A DNA stretch of 64,000 nucleotides from Bacteroidota bacterium (GTDB lineage Bacteria; Bacteroidota; Ignavibacteria; Kryptoniales; JAKASW01). A program made the position numbers and the translations under genes. Under the pieces are notes generated by a model. The model was not told where the DNA came from and did no database searches. It saw only the letters and a list, made by a program, of their open reading frames with translations. The stretch is from assembly GCA_021845665.1 (NCBI GenBank), contig JAJZVO010000008.1:12448-76447 (forward strand), written 5' to 3'. Positions 32,846 through 41,823 of this stretch are shown here, piece after piece (within the stretch, counting starts at the first letter, position 1; the number at the start of each line of letters is the position of its first letter).

Positions 32846-35800
32846 TCAGTTCCCTTCGATTCTAATCGTTTCAATCCGGAACGGCTTGATGACAAACTTG
32901 AAGCCGGTTGTCGTGGAAGGAAGTCTCCGTTCGTCGCGCTCAACGGCGTCGCACTTCCAGACCGAATCGATACGGACCAGCGGAGTAGAGACACTGACGG
33001 TATCCGTAGTACCGTTCATTTCAATGAAGCGCATTATAGTCCCGCGATTATTTTCGGCGCGTTTCCAATCGGAGAGCACGACATTGCGCGAGCTGACGGT
33101 CACGTAACTCTTCTCCGGGCTGAACACGGAACTTCGCCGCCAGTACTGCGCGTCGTTCGGGGTTACCCTGTCGACTTCGATTGGAGTCATTTCGTTCCAG
33201 CCGAACCTGCTCATCTTACCCGGCGTAAGTGCCCGGCCACTCGTCATGAGATATCGAAAAGTAAATTCTCCTCCCTGTGCGGCGACATAGTTGGTTTTCC
33301 AATAATTGTTCATGATATATGAGAATACGGTGCCTGCCCGCTTGCCGAATGTCGCCGGCCATTTTCCGCGGACGATATTGCCGAAGGTAACGAGGGAAGC
33401 ATTCACGGGCACGATTTCTGCCGTGGTGCCGCCTTCAGATGCAGCCACCCAATGCTGGACGGAGAACCATTCTCTTCCTGCACCTGGGAGCAAATCACGC
33501 GAAGGATCGACATAGCCGTTCTGAGTTTCGTACCGGAACTCGGGATCGTCCGTGGAAAAAGGAAAAGCGAAGTAAGCAGCTTCCTTGGTATAAACTCTCT
33601 TTTTGTAAATGCGGTCGACAAACTCGATTTTCTTTTCCCCGTTGAAGAGGATGATCTTCGTTTCAATTTCAGGAGTGTTCTTACACGAACTTCGGAGTAA
33701 AGCGACTGTGCCGTACGGTTCACGCGTCACGGAAACCAGCCGGCCGTTCTCTGCGCGGCTAATCGCGAGTTTCACTGCGGTTTTCCCATGGCCGTCTGGT
33801 CCAGGGAACTGCAGAGGTGATTCGTTCCCGCTCGATACATACACATACTGATCGAAAAGATACGGACCCGATTGATTCACGAGCTCTTTACCGAGCTGTC
33901 TATCGAAAATACTTTTCACCGCTCCACTGCTGGAATCCAGGACTATGCGATAGTATCGGTTCTCAAGTGTGTCCGTTAACGGTTCGGCAGCACTTGAAAT
34001 CGGAATTGCCTTCGTCTTCTTGAGGACGAAACACTTATATCCGAGCGGAGGTATTGGGCCGCTTTCGAAGCGGACCTTTTGTACGGTCTTCCACTTGTTC
34101 AATACCTGGAAGGGCACATCAGAGCTGTCGTGGGCGTCGTAGATGCGGCATCTCAGCGGGATGTCTGCATCTATCATTCCACTCCTGGCCCAGTTAAGCG
34201 TGTTGAATGCGACGAGCGTTTCCGCTCCCGCACCGGTCTGTTCGGCGATCGCATCTGCGCTTGTTCTTATTATGTTCATGCAGTCATTTCTCGCCTGTAG
34301 AGCAAACAAATGCTTCGCCGCCAGCTGGCCGACGGACTGCATGCTCCCCGGGTCTGAGACATCTTCGGAAGATCCCCATGTGTGTTCATCATAGAGAATG
34401 ATATTTTGCCACATGTTGTTTATGAGCGAGCGGCTCAATTCTATCCTGGGGTCAATCAGAGATGTCAGAGTGGAGAGCTTTTCGGCCGAAAGTGCTCTCT
34501 GCATGGTCTCACGGTCGATCGCGGCATATTTCGCGTCCGACGCGATTCCATCTTCCCAGTACGGACCTCCATCGCCTCGAATGACGGGTATGTCGCCTCC
34601 GAATTGCCTCTTGATATAGGACATCGCTTCCGCCACGCCGGAGTACTGCAAATGCGGATATGCAAACAGGCTGTCCCATCTGCCGGCGAGCGATGCAAAT
34701 CCGGGATTCATATACGAGTTTTCGTGCTGGTCGCCGAAGACTATTACGCCGTTGGATTTATACGAAGGTTTGTCGAAGAACCCCAGGAATCTCGGCAGCG
34801 CATCTTCTCCGATTTTTATGCCGGGTTTCACGCCGAATAGGCGCGCCATCTGAGCGTAGCGCTTCGTGTACCACATGAACACTTTTTTTCCGTCGGGCCC
34901 TTCCCACCAAAATGGCGTCTTCGCATCGAGTCCGCCGAGACGGAGGATCGGAGCATGACCGTTGTTGCTCGCCGCCTCGAAGTATTCAATGCCCGCGTCC
35001 GCCAGGACAGAGGCATACGACCACGAGTAAGAAGGGACATCGGTTGTGTTCGCGTAATCGAAGGGAAGATTGTGCTTCCGATCAAAACGATATGCCGGAT
35101 AGAGCGAACGTATCAAAGTTTCCGTCGATGCGAATCCAGTCAGCAGGTTCGCATACTGTGCCGGTACGAACAATTTCCCTTCGGCGGCAAGCTTCAGGAA
35201 TCTATTTTTTTCAGCACTGCTTCTCTCCGCGAAGAAATGCTGGACAGCCCAGAACCCATCGGGACTATAGCTGAAATCGGGATGGGACTTCACGAGACGC
35301 ATGGCCTCAGCGATCACCTGGCCTTGAAGAAGCGCTACCTTGGGCCTGTAATCTGTGAAGCCGACGTCGAGGTGTACACTGGGAATCATGAAGACTTTCC
35401 ATTTCCTCGCCGGCGAAAGTATCATCTCGAATTGTTTCATATTTCCGGCTGCAACAACCGAAACCAGTGCAGCCGTTCCGGGCGAAAATTCAGCGACTTC
35501 AAACGATGCTTTCTGTTCGCCGAACCCACAGGTGTCGATCATTGTCCTGTGGTAATCATGTCCATCGATTGAAATTGAGATTCGAACGCTTTTGGCTGGC
35601 CGACTCAACGACGCAAAAGCGTCGACGATCTCTGAGAGTCCGCCCCCGGCGCGCTTATAGAACACGGTCGGCTCGACGCGGACAGATACATCGCGGGGAT
35701 CGAATTTATTTCGAGGGTAATTAAGAAGCTCGAGTGCATCGAAATCGAATCCTGAGTTGCTCGATGCGTTGTGAGCTGGAGGGTTGTCGAAGGCACTGAG

Positions 35801-36355
35801 CGTCAGCGTGTTCACTCCACGTTTAAGATAGCCGGTCGGGATCTCGATGCTGATGACGTCATCCAGAATTTTGCCGCCGGACTTTTCGGCATGCCAGCGC
35901 GGATGCTGAAAGGCTTCCCCGACATGACCGTTGACGTTCAACCTCAGTACCGATAAACGCCGCCTGGCACCCATGCCGCCGCCAAGCAGATCGATATTCG
36001 TAAATGCCGCCTTGAACTCATACGTACCGGCAGGCCGTGCGTTAAGTCTGAAGCGAATGGTCGGTGATGGGCTGTTGCGACCGGCCGGGCGGCTTTTCCC
36101 GGCGGGCAGGAAGGCGGGCCAGTCATTCCACGAGCTGCGGCCTATCGTATATATCACGTCGGTCAACGGAAGCGTATGCTCGCGCCGCGTGCGCGAACCG
36201 TGCATGGCGCGAAACTCCCGCGAAGAGTGATCGAATCTTCCAATTCTCCACAGTACTTCGGGAGAGGCGCTGCCTGACACAGGAAGCATGAAAACCGACA
36301 TTCCAATCGTGTACAGCCGAATGGTGCTGCTCCGCATTTTCCTCTTTCCAATCAT
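32846..36355 (-). CDS. GH38-like alpha-mannosidase family protein (secreted)
   Basis: Central IPSVHLDVGFTDY, FVPAQYANLLTG and ILYDEHTWGS resemble GH38-type hydrolases. Start moved from 36538 to ATG 36355 (or 36337, which has GAAAGAGGAAA upstream). The first 60 track codons run through the upstream terminator hairpin. The signal-like N-terminus is MRSSTIRLYTIGMSVFMLPVSGSASP. Confidence 0.65.
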   Translation of the reverse strand: MIGKRKMRSSTIRLYTIGMSVFMLPVSGSASPEVLWRIGRFDHSSREFRAMHGSRTRREHTLPLTDVIYTIGRSSWNDWPAFLPAGKSRPAGRNSPSPTIRFRLNARPAGTYEFKAAFTNIDLLGGGMGARRRLSVLRLNVNGHVGEAFQHPRWHAEKSGGKILDDVISIEIPTGYLKRGVNTLTLSAFDNPPAHNASSNSGFDFDALELLNYPRNKFDPRDVSVRVEPTVFYKRAGGGLSEIVDAFASLSRPAKSVRISISIDGHDYHRTMIDTCGFGEQKASFEVAEFSPGTAALVSVVAAGNMKQFEMILSPARKWKVFMIPSVHLDVGFTDYRPKVALLQGQVIAEAMRLVKSHPDFSYSPDGFWAVQHFFAERSSAEKNRFLKLAAEGKLFVPAQYANLLTGFASTETLIRSLYPAYRFDRKHNLPFDYANTTDVPSYSWSYASVLADAGIEYFEAASNNGHAPILRLGGLDAKTPFWWEGPDGKKVFMWYTKRYAQMARLFGVKPGIKIGEDALPRFLGFFDKPSYKSNGVIVFGDQHENSYMNPGFASLAGRWDSLFAYPHLQYSGVAEAMSYIKRQFGGDIPVIRGDGGPYWEDGIASDAKYAAIDRETMQRALSAEKLSTLTSLIDPRIELSRSLINNMWQNIILYDEHTWGSSEDVSDPGSMQSVGQLAAKHLFALQARNDCMNIIRTSADAIAEQTGAGAETLVAFNTLNWARSGMIDADIPLRCRIYDAHDSSDVPFQVLNKWKTVQKVRFESGPIPPLGYKCFVLKKTKAIPISSAAEPLTDTLENRYYRIVLDSSSGAVKSIFDRQLGKELVNQSGPYLFDQYVYVSSGNESPLQFPGPDGHGKTAVKLAISRAENGRLVSVTREPYGTVALLRSSCKNTPEIETKIILFNGEKKIEFVDRIYKKRVYTKEAAYFAFPFSTDDPEFRYETQNGYVDPSRDLLPGAGREWFSVQHWVAASEGGTTAEIVPVNASLVTFGNIVRGKWPATFGKRAGTVFSYIMNNYWKTNYVAAQGGEFTFRYLMTSGRALTPGKMSRFGWNEMTPIEVDRVTPNDAQYWRRSSVFSPEKSYVTVSSRNVVLSDWKRAENNRGTIMRFIEMNGTTDTVSVSTPLVRIDSVWKCDAVERDERRLPSTTTGFKFVIKPFRIETIRIEGN

Positions 36356-36490
36356 GTGCGTATACAATATCACATACAATTTAAGGTGATCTGCGTGACA
36401 AGCAAACACGAAGAGCAAACGAATCGTTATGAACTCCGGGATGGAACGCGGGATGCGCGAATGGCCCGGCCATACTGCGGATAGGGAGGG

Positions 36491-36536
36491 AAACAAAAAA
36501 AGGATGGCAGCCCCGGAAACCGCCGGGCTGCCATCC
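36491..36536 (-). terminator. Rho-independent terminator after the DsrE-like gene
   Basis: Minus strand: GGAUGGCAGCCC...GGGCUGCCAUCC (12-bp perfect stem) followed by UUUUUUUGUUU. Lies 25 nt after the stop at 36562. Confidence 0.8.
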
Positions 36537-36561
36537 AAAATTGACCCATTGTATTGAAGCC

Positions 36562-37110
36562 CTACCAGGCCATCAAAGCGTATCCCATAAGCTGGTATGT
36601 CGGTACGACAGTAAGCGCGGAAAGGGCTATCGTGATGTCCCTATTTACCCAAGCGTGCTTATAACTCATGTCTGCGAGAGCCTGGCCGCAAACATAAATG
36701 ACTACGCCGTTCTTCTTGAGCTCGTTTATTAGTTTAATGTTCGGATTGTCGATACCGAATTTTGCCTTGAACGCCGAGTTGTCCAGGACAATTGGGGTCG
36801 CCGGTCCGTGAATGACGGCCACGAGCTTCATCTGGTCCGGCATCGTCCCTGCCGACGCGAATACGTTTATCAGTCTCGCGATGTGGGCGAGCGCCGGATC
36901 AACCTTGGCGTTGTTCTTCGAAGCCTGAGTCACGTCGAAGAGTATTTTGTAGTTTATGGACTTATCGGGCTGGACGGCGGCGTGAGGCAGCGGGTGAACC
37001 GGGCCGTACCCCTTTATGACGGGGTATTCCCATTTAGTCTGCGCACTCGCGAGGCTCGAAAAGCTCCCGACCAGTAACGCGACGAATAACAGTTTTGTGA
37101 TTCCTTTCAT
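36562..37110 (-). CDS. DsrE/DsrF-like family protein with Sec signal peptide (periplasmic)
   Basis: 182 aa. Signal peptide MKGITKLLFVALLVGSFSSLASAQT. The core (KILFDVTQ..., LVAVIHGPATPIVL, GVVIYVCGQALADM) resembles COG1416/DsrE-like proteins. Confidence 0.6.
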   Translation of the reverse strand: MKGITKLLFVALLVGSFSSLASAQTKWEYPVIKGYGPVHPLPHAAVQPDKSINYKILFDVTQASKNNAKVDPALAHIARLINVFASAGTMPDQMKLVAVIHGPATPIVLDNSAFKAKFGIDNPNIKLINELKKNGVVIYVCGQALADMSYKHAWVNRDITIALSALTVVPTYQLMGYALMAW

Positions 37111-37143
37111 GATGTTCCTCCTCTTATTGATTTTTTTAGTAAT

Positions 37144-37950
37144 TCATTTCTTCACGAAATGCGGTCTCGGTTGGGCGGTGACAAAAGCGGCCACATCGAG
37201 CGCCTGATCCGGTGTAAGGTTTGAGACTTGGTAAGGCATATTGTCGTGAACGAAAGCGGCGAAGTTCTGGAGATGTGCCATCCCCGCGCCATCATTGAAC
37301 GAGTGCTTTCCCCACAATGGCGGGGCAATCTTCGTTCCCTGGCCGTCCATTCCGTGACAGGCGGTGCAGGTCTGAGTGAAGATTTTCTTCCCGGCGACCG
37401 CACTCGGCTTGTGGCGACTCTCGATGTGCTTCAGACCGAGCCAGGGAATTCTTCCGTATATCGGAATTCCCTTGGATATCCAGTGGAAGTAAGTGACTAT
37501 AGCCACCATCGCCTTGCTGTCCGGCAGGAGAGCCTTGCCGTTCATGCTTCTAAGAAAGCACGCATTTGTGCGCGCGATAATGTCATCCACTTGACCGGAG
37601 CGAGATCTGTACGCGGGATACTTCGCGGCGACTCCGACGAGCGAGAGCCCGCCGTTCTTTCCGCCGGGCGAGATCCCTCCGTTGAAATGGCAGCTGGAGC
37701 ACGTGACGCTATCGCCCACATACTTGCTCGCATATTTCTGCGGATCGTTCATGATGTTGTAACCGAGCATCACGGCAGCTCTGATGCTTGCGGGCGCCTC
37801 GTTCAGCGCGGGTGGATTGTACGCCACGCCGTCCACCATCTTGGCTGCTTGCGGGCTCTTCGCGAAGACTGAGTCTCCGTAGTTGGCGGCAATAAAAGCA
37901 CAGACCAACAGTGCCAGGAGCCCCGCCGGCACGAGTAATTTCCTTTTCAT
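37144..37950 (-). CDS. tsdA: Diheme c-type cytochrome, thiosulfate dehydrogenase TsdA family
   Basis: 268 aa with a signal peptide. Two heme motifs, CSSCH and CTACH. AKYPAYRSR, NACFLRSMNG (candidate Cys axial ligand), PPLWGKHSFNDGAGM, AAFVHDNMP and ALDVAAFV match my memory of Allochromatium TsdA. Confidence 0.75.
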   Translation of the reverse strand: MKRKLLVPAGLLALLVCAFIAANYGDSVFAKSPQAAKMVDGVAYNPPALNEAPASIRAAVMLGYNIMNDPQKYASKYVGDSVTCSSCHFNGGISPGGKNGGLSLVGVAAKYPAYRSRSGQVDDIIARTNACFLRSMNGKALLPDSKAMVAIVTYFHWISKGIPIYGRIPWLGLKHIESRHKPSAVAGKKIFTQTCTACHGMDGQGTKIAPPLWGKHSFNDGAGMAHLQNFAAFVHDNMPYQVSNLTPDQALDVAAFVTAQPRPHFVKK

Positions 37951-38006
37951 TTTGTCCTTACCTCCTTGCTTGGAATTTTCTAGAAACCATTTAAGTGTCC
38001 GCGTTT

Positions 38007-38948
38007 CTACCTAAGCGGCATGAAACCGAACTTCCGATAAATCTCGGAGCTTCTCTTGGTTTTCAGGAATTTGAGAAAGTCCTTAGCGGCCTGCGGATGA
38101 GGCGCGTTTGTGAGCATCGCCGCCGAATAAGTCACGACCGTGTTTATCTTTGCAGGTATCTGGACAGCTTCGATCGGATTGCCTATCATTTTCTGGAAGA
38201 AGGCCTCCGTGTACCACACGGGACCTGCATCGGATTTCCTTTCGATGATGCGGATCGGAGTCTGCCTATGATGAATGTGGGTAAGAAAGGTGGTCCCGGC
38301 CTTGACCTTCGTGTCCATTATTTCCTTGACAAGCTTTTCACCACCGGCCTTGCGGTAAGTTGCGATGATAGTATGGGCGACCCCTTCCCATTGCGGATTC
38401 GGCATACTGACCCTCACGTCCGGCTTGCCGAGATCGTTCAATGACGAAACGTGAAGAGGATTCCCCCGATAAACCATGATGGCAAGCCGGTTCCTTGCAT
38501 AAGCTACCGACTCAGTGAAGAGGTGCTTCTCTTTTGTAAGCATGGCAATCCGAGCCTCGCCGGCCGTGAATATGTCCGGCTTGACGGATATTCTCATGTT
38601 GCCTATGACAATCGCGCCCTGCGCGATCTGGTCGAGCAAAATTCCCGGCGGGAGTGTTTCGACGAAGATGCGTTTGTACCGGGGGTATTCTTCCTGGAAG
38701 GCTTTGATCAGGTCGGGTACGACCATAAACTGATTCCCCGCGAAGAAGATGACGAGCTGTGGATCGTTTATATCGCCGTGCAAATCGGGGACATCGTCGA
38801 TACCGGGTACCGTGAATTGTTTCCCTTGTTGCGGAAATGCCGACCATGGTGGGTAGACCCTTTGCGCATTCGCCTTGTGAATGAAGGCGAACGACAGAAG
38901 GGTAAGTGCGAGAAACGTCGTGACGCTCAGTTTGAATCTGGATTTCAT
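38007..38948 (-). CDS. Periplasmic type-2 substrate-binding protein (ModA/sulfate-binding-like), orphan
   Basis: 313 aa with a signal peptide. Carries FFAGNQFMVVPDLIKAFQEEYP and a C-terminal AAKDFLKFLKTKRSSEIYRKFGF typical of ModA-like binding proteins. No ABC permease or ATPase gene nearby. Confidence 0.6.
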   Translation of the reverse strand: MKSRFKLSVTTFLALTLLSFAFIHKANAQRVYPPWSAFPQQGKQFTVPGIDDVPDLHGDINDPQLVIFFAGNQFMVVPDLIKAFQEEYPRYKRIFVETLPPGILLDQIAQGAIVIGNMRISVKPDIFTAGEARIAMLTKEKHLFTESVAYARNRLAIMVYRGNPLHVSSLNDLGKPDVRVSMPNPQWEGVAHTIIATYRKAGGEKLVKEIMDTKVKAGTTFLTHIHHRQTPIRIIERKSDAGPVWYTEAFFQKMIGNPIEAVQIPAKINTVVTYSAAMLTNAPHPQAAKDFLKFLKTKRSSEIYRKFGFMPLR

Positions 38949-39713
38949 TTGTTGTTTCCTCCTCCATACGTTTTCAATACGTTATTGGGATGTGAGCAGA
39001 AAGATTTTCCTGGCGGGAAAAGGCTTAAAGTATCCGGGCGGCAGGAATTCGCCGCCGTAATCCCGTGCAAATAGTGCAGCAAATCGCGGAAGAGACCGAT
39101 TTTGTTGAACCATGATGTCCAATTGATGCTGCTCCAGGTTGTTCTCGAAGCTGGCCAGGTAACCGTGGCTATCAGGCTATTTTTCGTTCCGGGCAATCTT
39201 CTCTTGGCCCGGAAGTGGTGCGGGAAGACTAAGGTGCTCAAGATTCTAAAAAATGTTTCCGGTCTTTTTGGTTCTGCTCTGTTGAATAACTCTCTGTAAG
39301 CGGATGATAGTTCCGGAACCCGGTAATTGTATCCGCTGCGATCTTAGTCGTGCTGGATAGGTTGACTTCCAGGAAGGACGGTTTGGCTCAATGCTGTCAA
39401 CCACGCCGAAACCGTTCCATTTTAGCCTGCATCCGCATGAATGTCAAGGCCACAGTGGTACAGCTGCCGAACGCCGACCCTTGACTCTCCACTTGCTCCC
39501 TCAGCAACCGGAGATTAAGACGCGGACAGCGCTTCCCGTGTTGATCTGTCAATTAGGCCAGAAAGCCAGCACATCCGGTTCGATGCAGTTTGTTCAAAAA
39601 GGATTCGGCGGCTTCCGATTTTTGTCGTCACAAGATTCGCGAAACGAATGTCCTGTACCACTCATGGGTCATCCCGACGCTCCGAGAGCTTCTTTCCGAT
39701 GCCGTTTTTGCTT

Positions 39714-40409
39714 TTAATTTTTCTTTGCGTATCCTACGGTCTGCGCAAAGAGGACATGCTGGTCCGGGCGCAGGTTAAGTCTTTTAGTCAATGCAGGCTT
39801 ATTGCAGTTATGGAACCATGCTGCAAGCCCCGCCGACGCAGCGAAAAGATAGACGTTCGCCGCTATTATGCCGGTGTCGACGAAGCAATACGCTTTCTGA
39901 ACCTCGGGATCATGCAGTCCCGGCTCCTGAAAACCGGAGGTTTTGACAAGCCGGTCTACGTCGGCCACGTAAACAAGATGAAGAGGAGCTTTCACCGCCA
40001 GACTAGCCTGCCCCGGATTGACTGCAATTGAACGAAGGTCCACTTGAAGAACGGATCTTAGGAGATTCTGAAAAGGGTCATAAAGAAAGACCCCTTCCCC
40101 CGTCAGTATGTAGACGTCGATCTCCTGCGAATTGCTCGCCGAGGCAGCCGTCCTTCCCGGGGTGTCGAAGGGTCCCTTTATTCGATTCACTCCGCAAGCG
40201 GCCCAAAGCAGGTTAGAAAGAGTCTGGAGAGATAATTCCCGATCTCCGATTTCACGTGTAGTCTTCCTTCTTTCTAGTGCAGCGGCAACTGAAAGGCGGC
40301 GAACAAGACCTGGCTTCGGGAGTATTACTGTCTTCTCCAGTGCCGGAGATTTGGAATCTTTTTGGAGTAACGTTGATTGTCTCCCTGGATTTTTCCTTCT
40401 TTGATTCAT
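39714..40409 (-). CDS. Nitroreductase-family protein
   Basis: RRKTTREIGDRELSLQTLSNLLWAACGVNR... is a typical nitroreductase/SagB-like core. Start moved to ATG 40409 (MNQRRKN...). Confidence 0.65.
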   Translation of the reverse strand: MNQRRKNPGRQSTLLQKDSKSPALEKTVILPKPGLVRRLSVAAALERRKTTREIGDRELSLQTLSNLLWAACGVNRIKGPFDTPGRTAASASNSQEIDVYILTGEGVFLYDPFQNLLRSVLQVDLRSIAVNPGQASLAVKAPLHLVYVADVDRLVKTSGFQEPGLHDPEVQKAYCFVDTGIIAANVYLFAASAGLAAWFHNCNKPALTKRLNLRPDQHVLFAQTVGYAKKN

Positions 40410-40517
40410 AACAGCCTTCTCTCTTAGATCAATTCGCAATTTCAAGGAATATCGAAGAACTCTGAGTGAAATAGACGGCAAGGCCGGACAACGGCGGGTA
40501 TCGCATCATCCGTTATT

Positions 40518-41213
40518 CTACCGGATAGCCGACAACTGCTTGTCCCTGAACAGCGTGTTTCCCTTCACAAGCCATGATACGCCGAATGAGATCAGCGCGA
40601 CCGTCTCGAAAACGAGCACCGGCCTCCACTTCGCCAGGGCCGTGTTAGAATAGAATGCGATATAGGCTACCATGCCGACAATACACGCCAGCATCAACCA
40701 GCCGGAAACTATGTATATGACGTTTCGGGTTTTCTTTTCCCTGCTGGGCGCGCCACCATGTCTGGTGAAGAGGAACATCGAGTTGAAGGCAAGCGATAAG
40801 AGAAAAGCAATCGAGAATGCAAGGTGGATATACTGCGAAACGTTATCGGGAGTAAGGAAGATGCCGACTTTGACGACGTGTCCTGAAAACTTCGATGTCG
40901 GGAACGCAATAATTCCAAGGGCGAACAGGCCACTGAGATTCGTCACGACATCATCGATCAATTCGTACCCTTTGTAAGACAGCAGAAAAAGGGCCACGCC
41001 TGACAACATGCCCACAAAGAAGTCGCGCATATTCGTGTAATAGTAGCTGCTGAGCGAGCCTTCCACGACGAAGCCTTTCTGCATAAATCCACCAGTCACA
41101 ATGATTACGGGGAGCAAGATGGCGAGGACTCCGATGATCCGTCTCATCGCCAGATAGGAATAGATGAGCGATTCGCTTCTGCCGGGATGTTTCAGGATTG
41201 CCACAATTCCCAC
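40518..41213 (-). CDS. Integral membrane protein (about 6 TM; DUF998-like, uncertain)
   Basis: 231 aa with alternating hydrophobic segments and an SSYYYTNMRDFFVG motif. No enzymatic motif recognised. Confidence 0.6.
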   Translation of the reverse strand: MGIVAILKHPGRSESLIYSYLAMRRIIGVLAILLPVIIVTGGFMQKGFVVEGSLSSYYYTNMRDFFVGMLSGVALFLLSYKGYELIDDVVTNLSGLFALGIIAFPTSKFSGHVVKVGIFLTPDNVSQYIHLAFSIAFLLSLAFNSMFLFTRHGGAPSREKKTRNVIYIVSGWLMLACIVGMVAYIAFYSNTALAKWRPVLVFETVALISFGVSWLVKGNTLFRDKQLSAIR

Positions 41214-41434
41214 ATCTTTTTGATGACATAATTTACAAAAAGTGAGCCTTCATCCGTATTCAGATCCGGAATCATGACCGCAGTAATAACCGGGAATAAA
41301 AAGTCCAAATCCGGGCGACGAATGTCATGGTGACAGGATTGAAACGCAGCCCGAAGCGTAACTCCGGCGTGTTTGGCCGATAGAATGTTAGTGATCCACG
41401 ATGAGACGGCGATAGAGACGCAGCCGAAAAGTCC

Positions 41435-41531
41435 AACCACAAAGAGCACGAAGATTTTTCACGAAGGGATCTATTCATTTATCGCTCTTTCTTTGTGCTC
41501 TTTGCGCCATTTCTTCGTGACCTTTGTGGTT
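41435..41531. repeat. Imperfect 19-nt inverted repeat with internal partial copies (REP-like element)
   Basis: AACCACAAAGAGCACGAAG (41435..41453) and CTTCGTGACCTTTGTGGTT (41513..41531) match at 17/19 as an inverted repeat. Extra CACGAAG and CTTTGTGCTC copies lie between them. Confidence 0.6.
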
Positions 41532-41823
41532 AAATAGTTTTGCAGCGGGTTTTCGGCCCGGCTTCTAGAGTGCTTTTGCGGCCCCGTGCGGAAGACTCGC
41601 ATTTACTCTCGTATTGACTGATGGGAGGCCAATATTCACGTCATGACATTGTCTGAGTTTAACCTCGAGAGGCAAGCGGTACACGGACAAGGTAACACTG
41701 CAACTCCGTCAAGCCCGGCGTTTCTTCCGTATCCCTGCTGGTTGAACACCTATCTGCATGAATGTTACTAAGTGCAGAGTGCGACTTCCGACATTCCGGC
41801 CTGGACCAGAGATCACTCGCGCC

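Noticed and set aside
36356-36538. First 61 codons of the 1230-aa track ORF (GH38-like).
   Set aside because: This segment runs through the 12-bp-stem terminator of the upstream gene (36491..36536) and has no signal-peptide character. ATG 36355 or 36337 gives a plausible secreted N-terminus.
41192-41478. Two overlapping small minus-strand ORFs (41192..41449, 85 aa; 41272..41478, 68 aa) upstream of the membrane-protein gene.
   Set aside because: They are mutually exclusive frames. Both run into the inverted-repeat element, and one overlaps the start of gene 40518..41213. No motifs were recognised. They are left unannotated, although the 85-aa frame has one hydrophobic segment and cannot be fully excluded.
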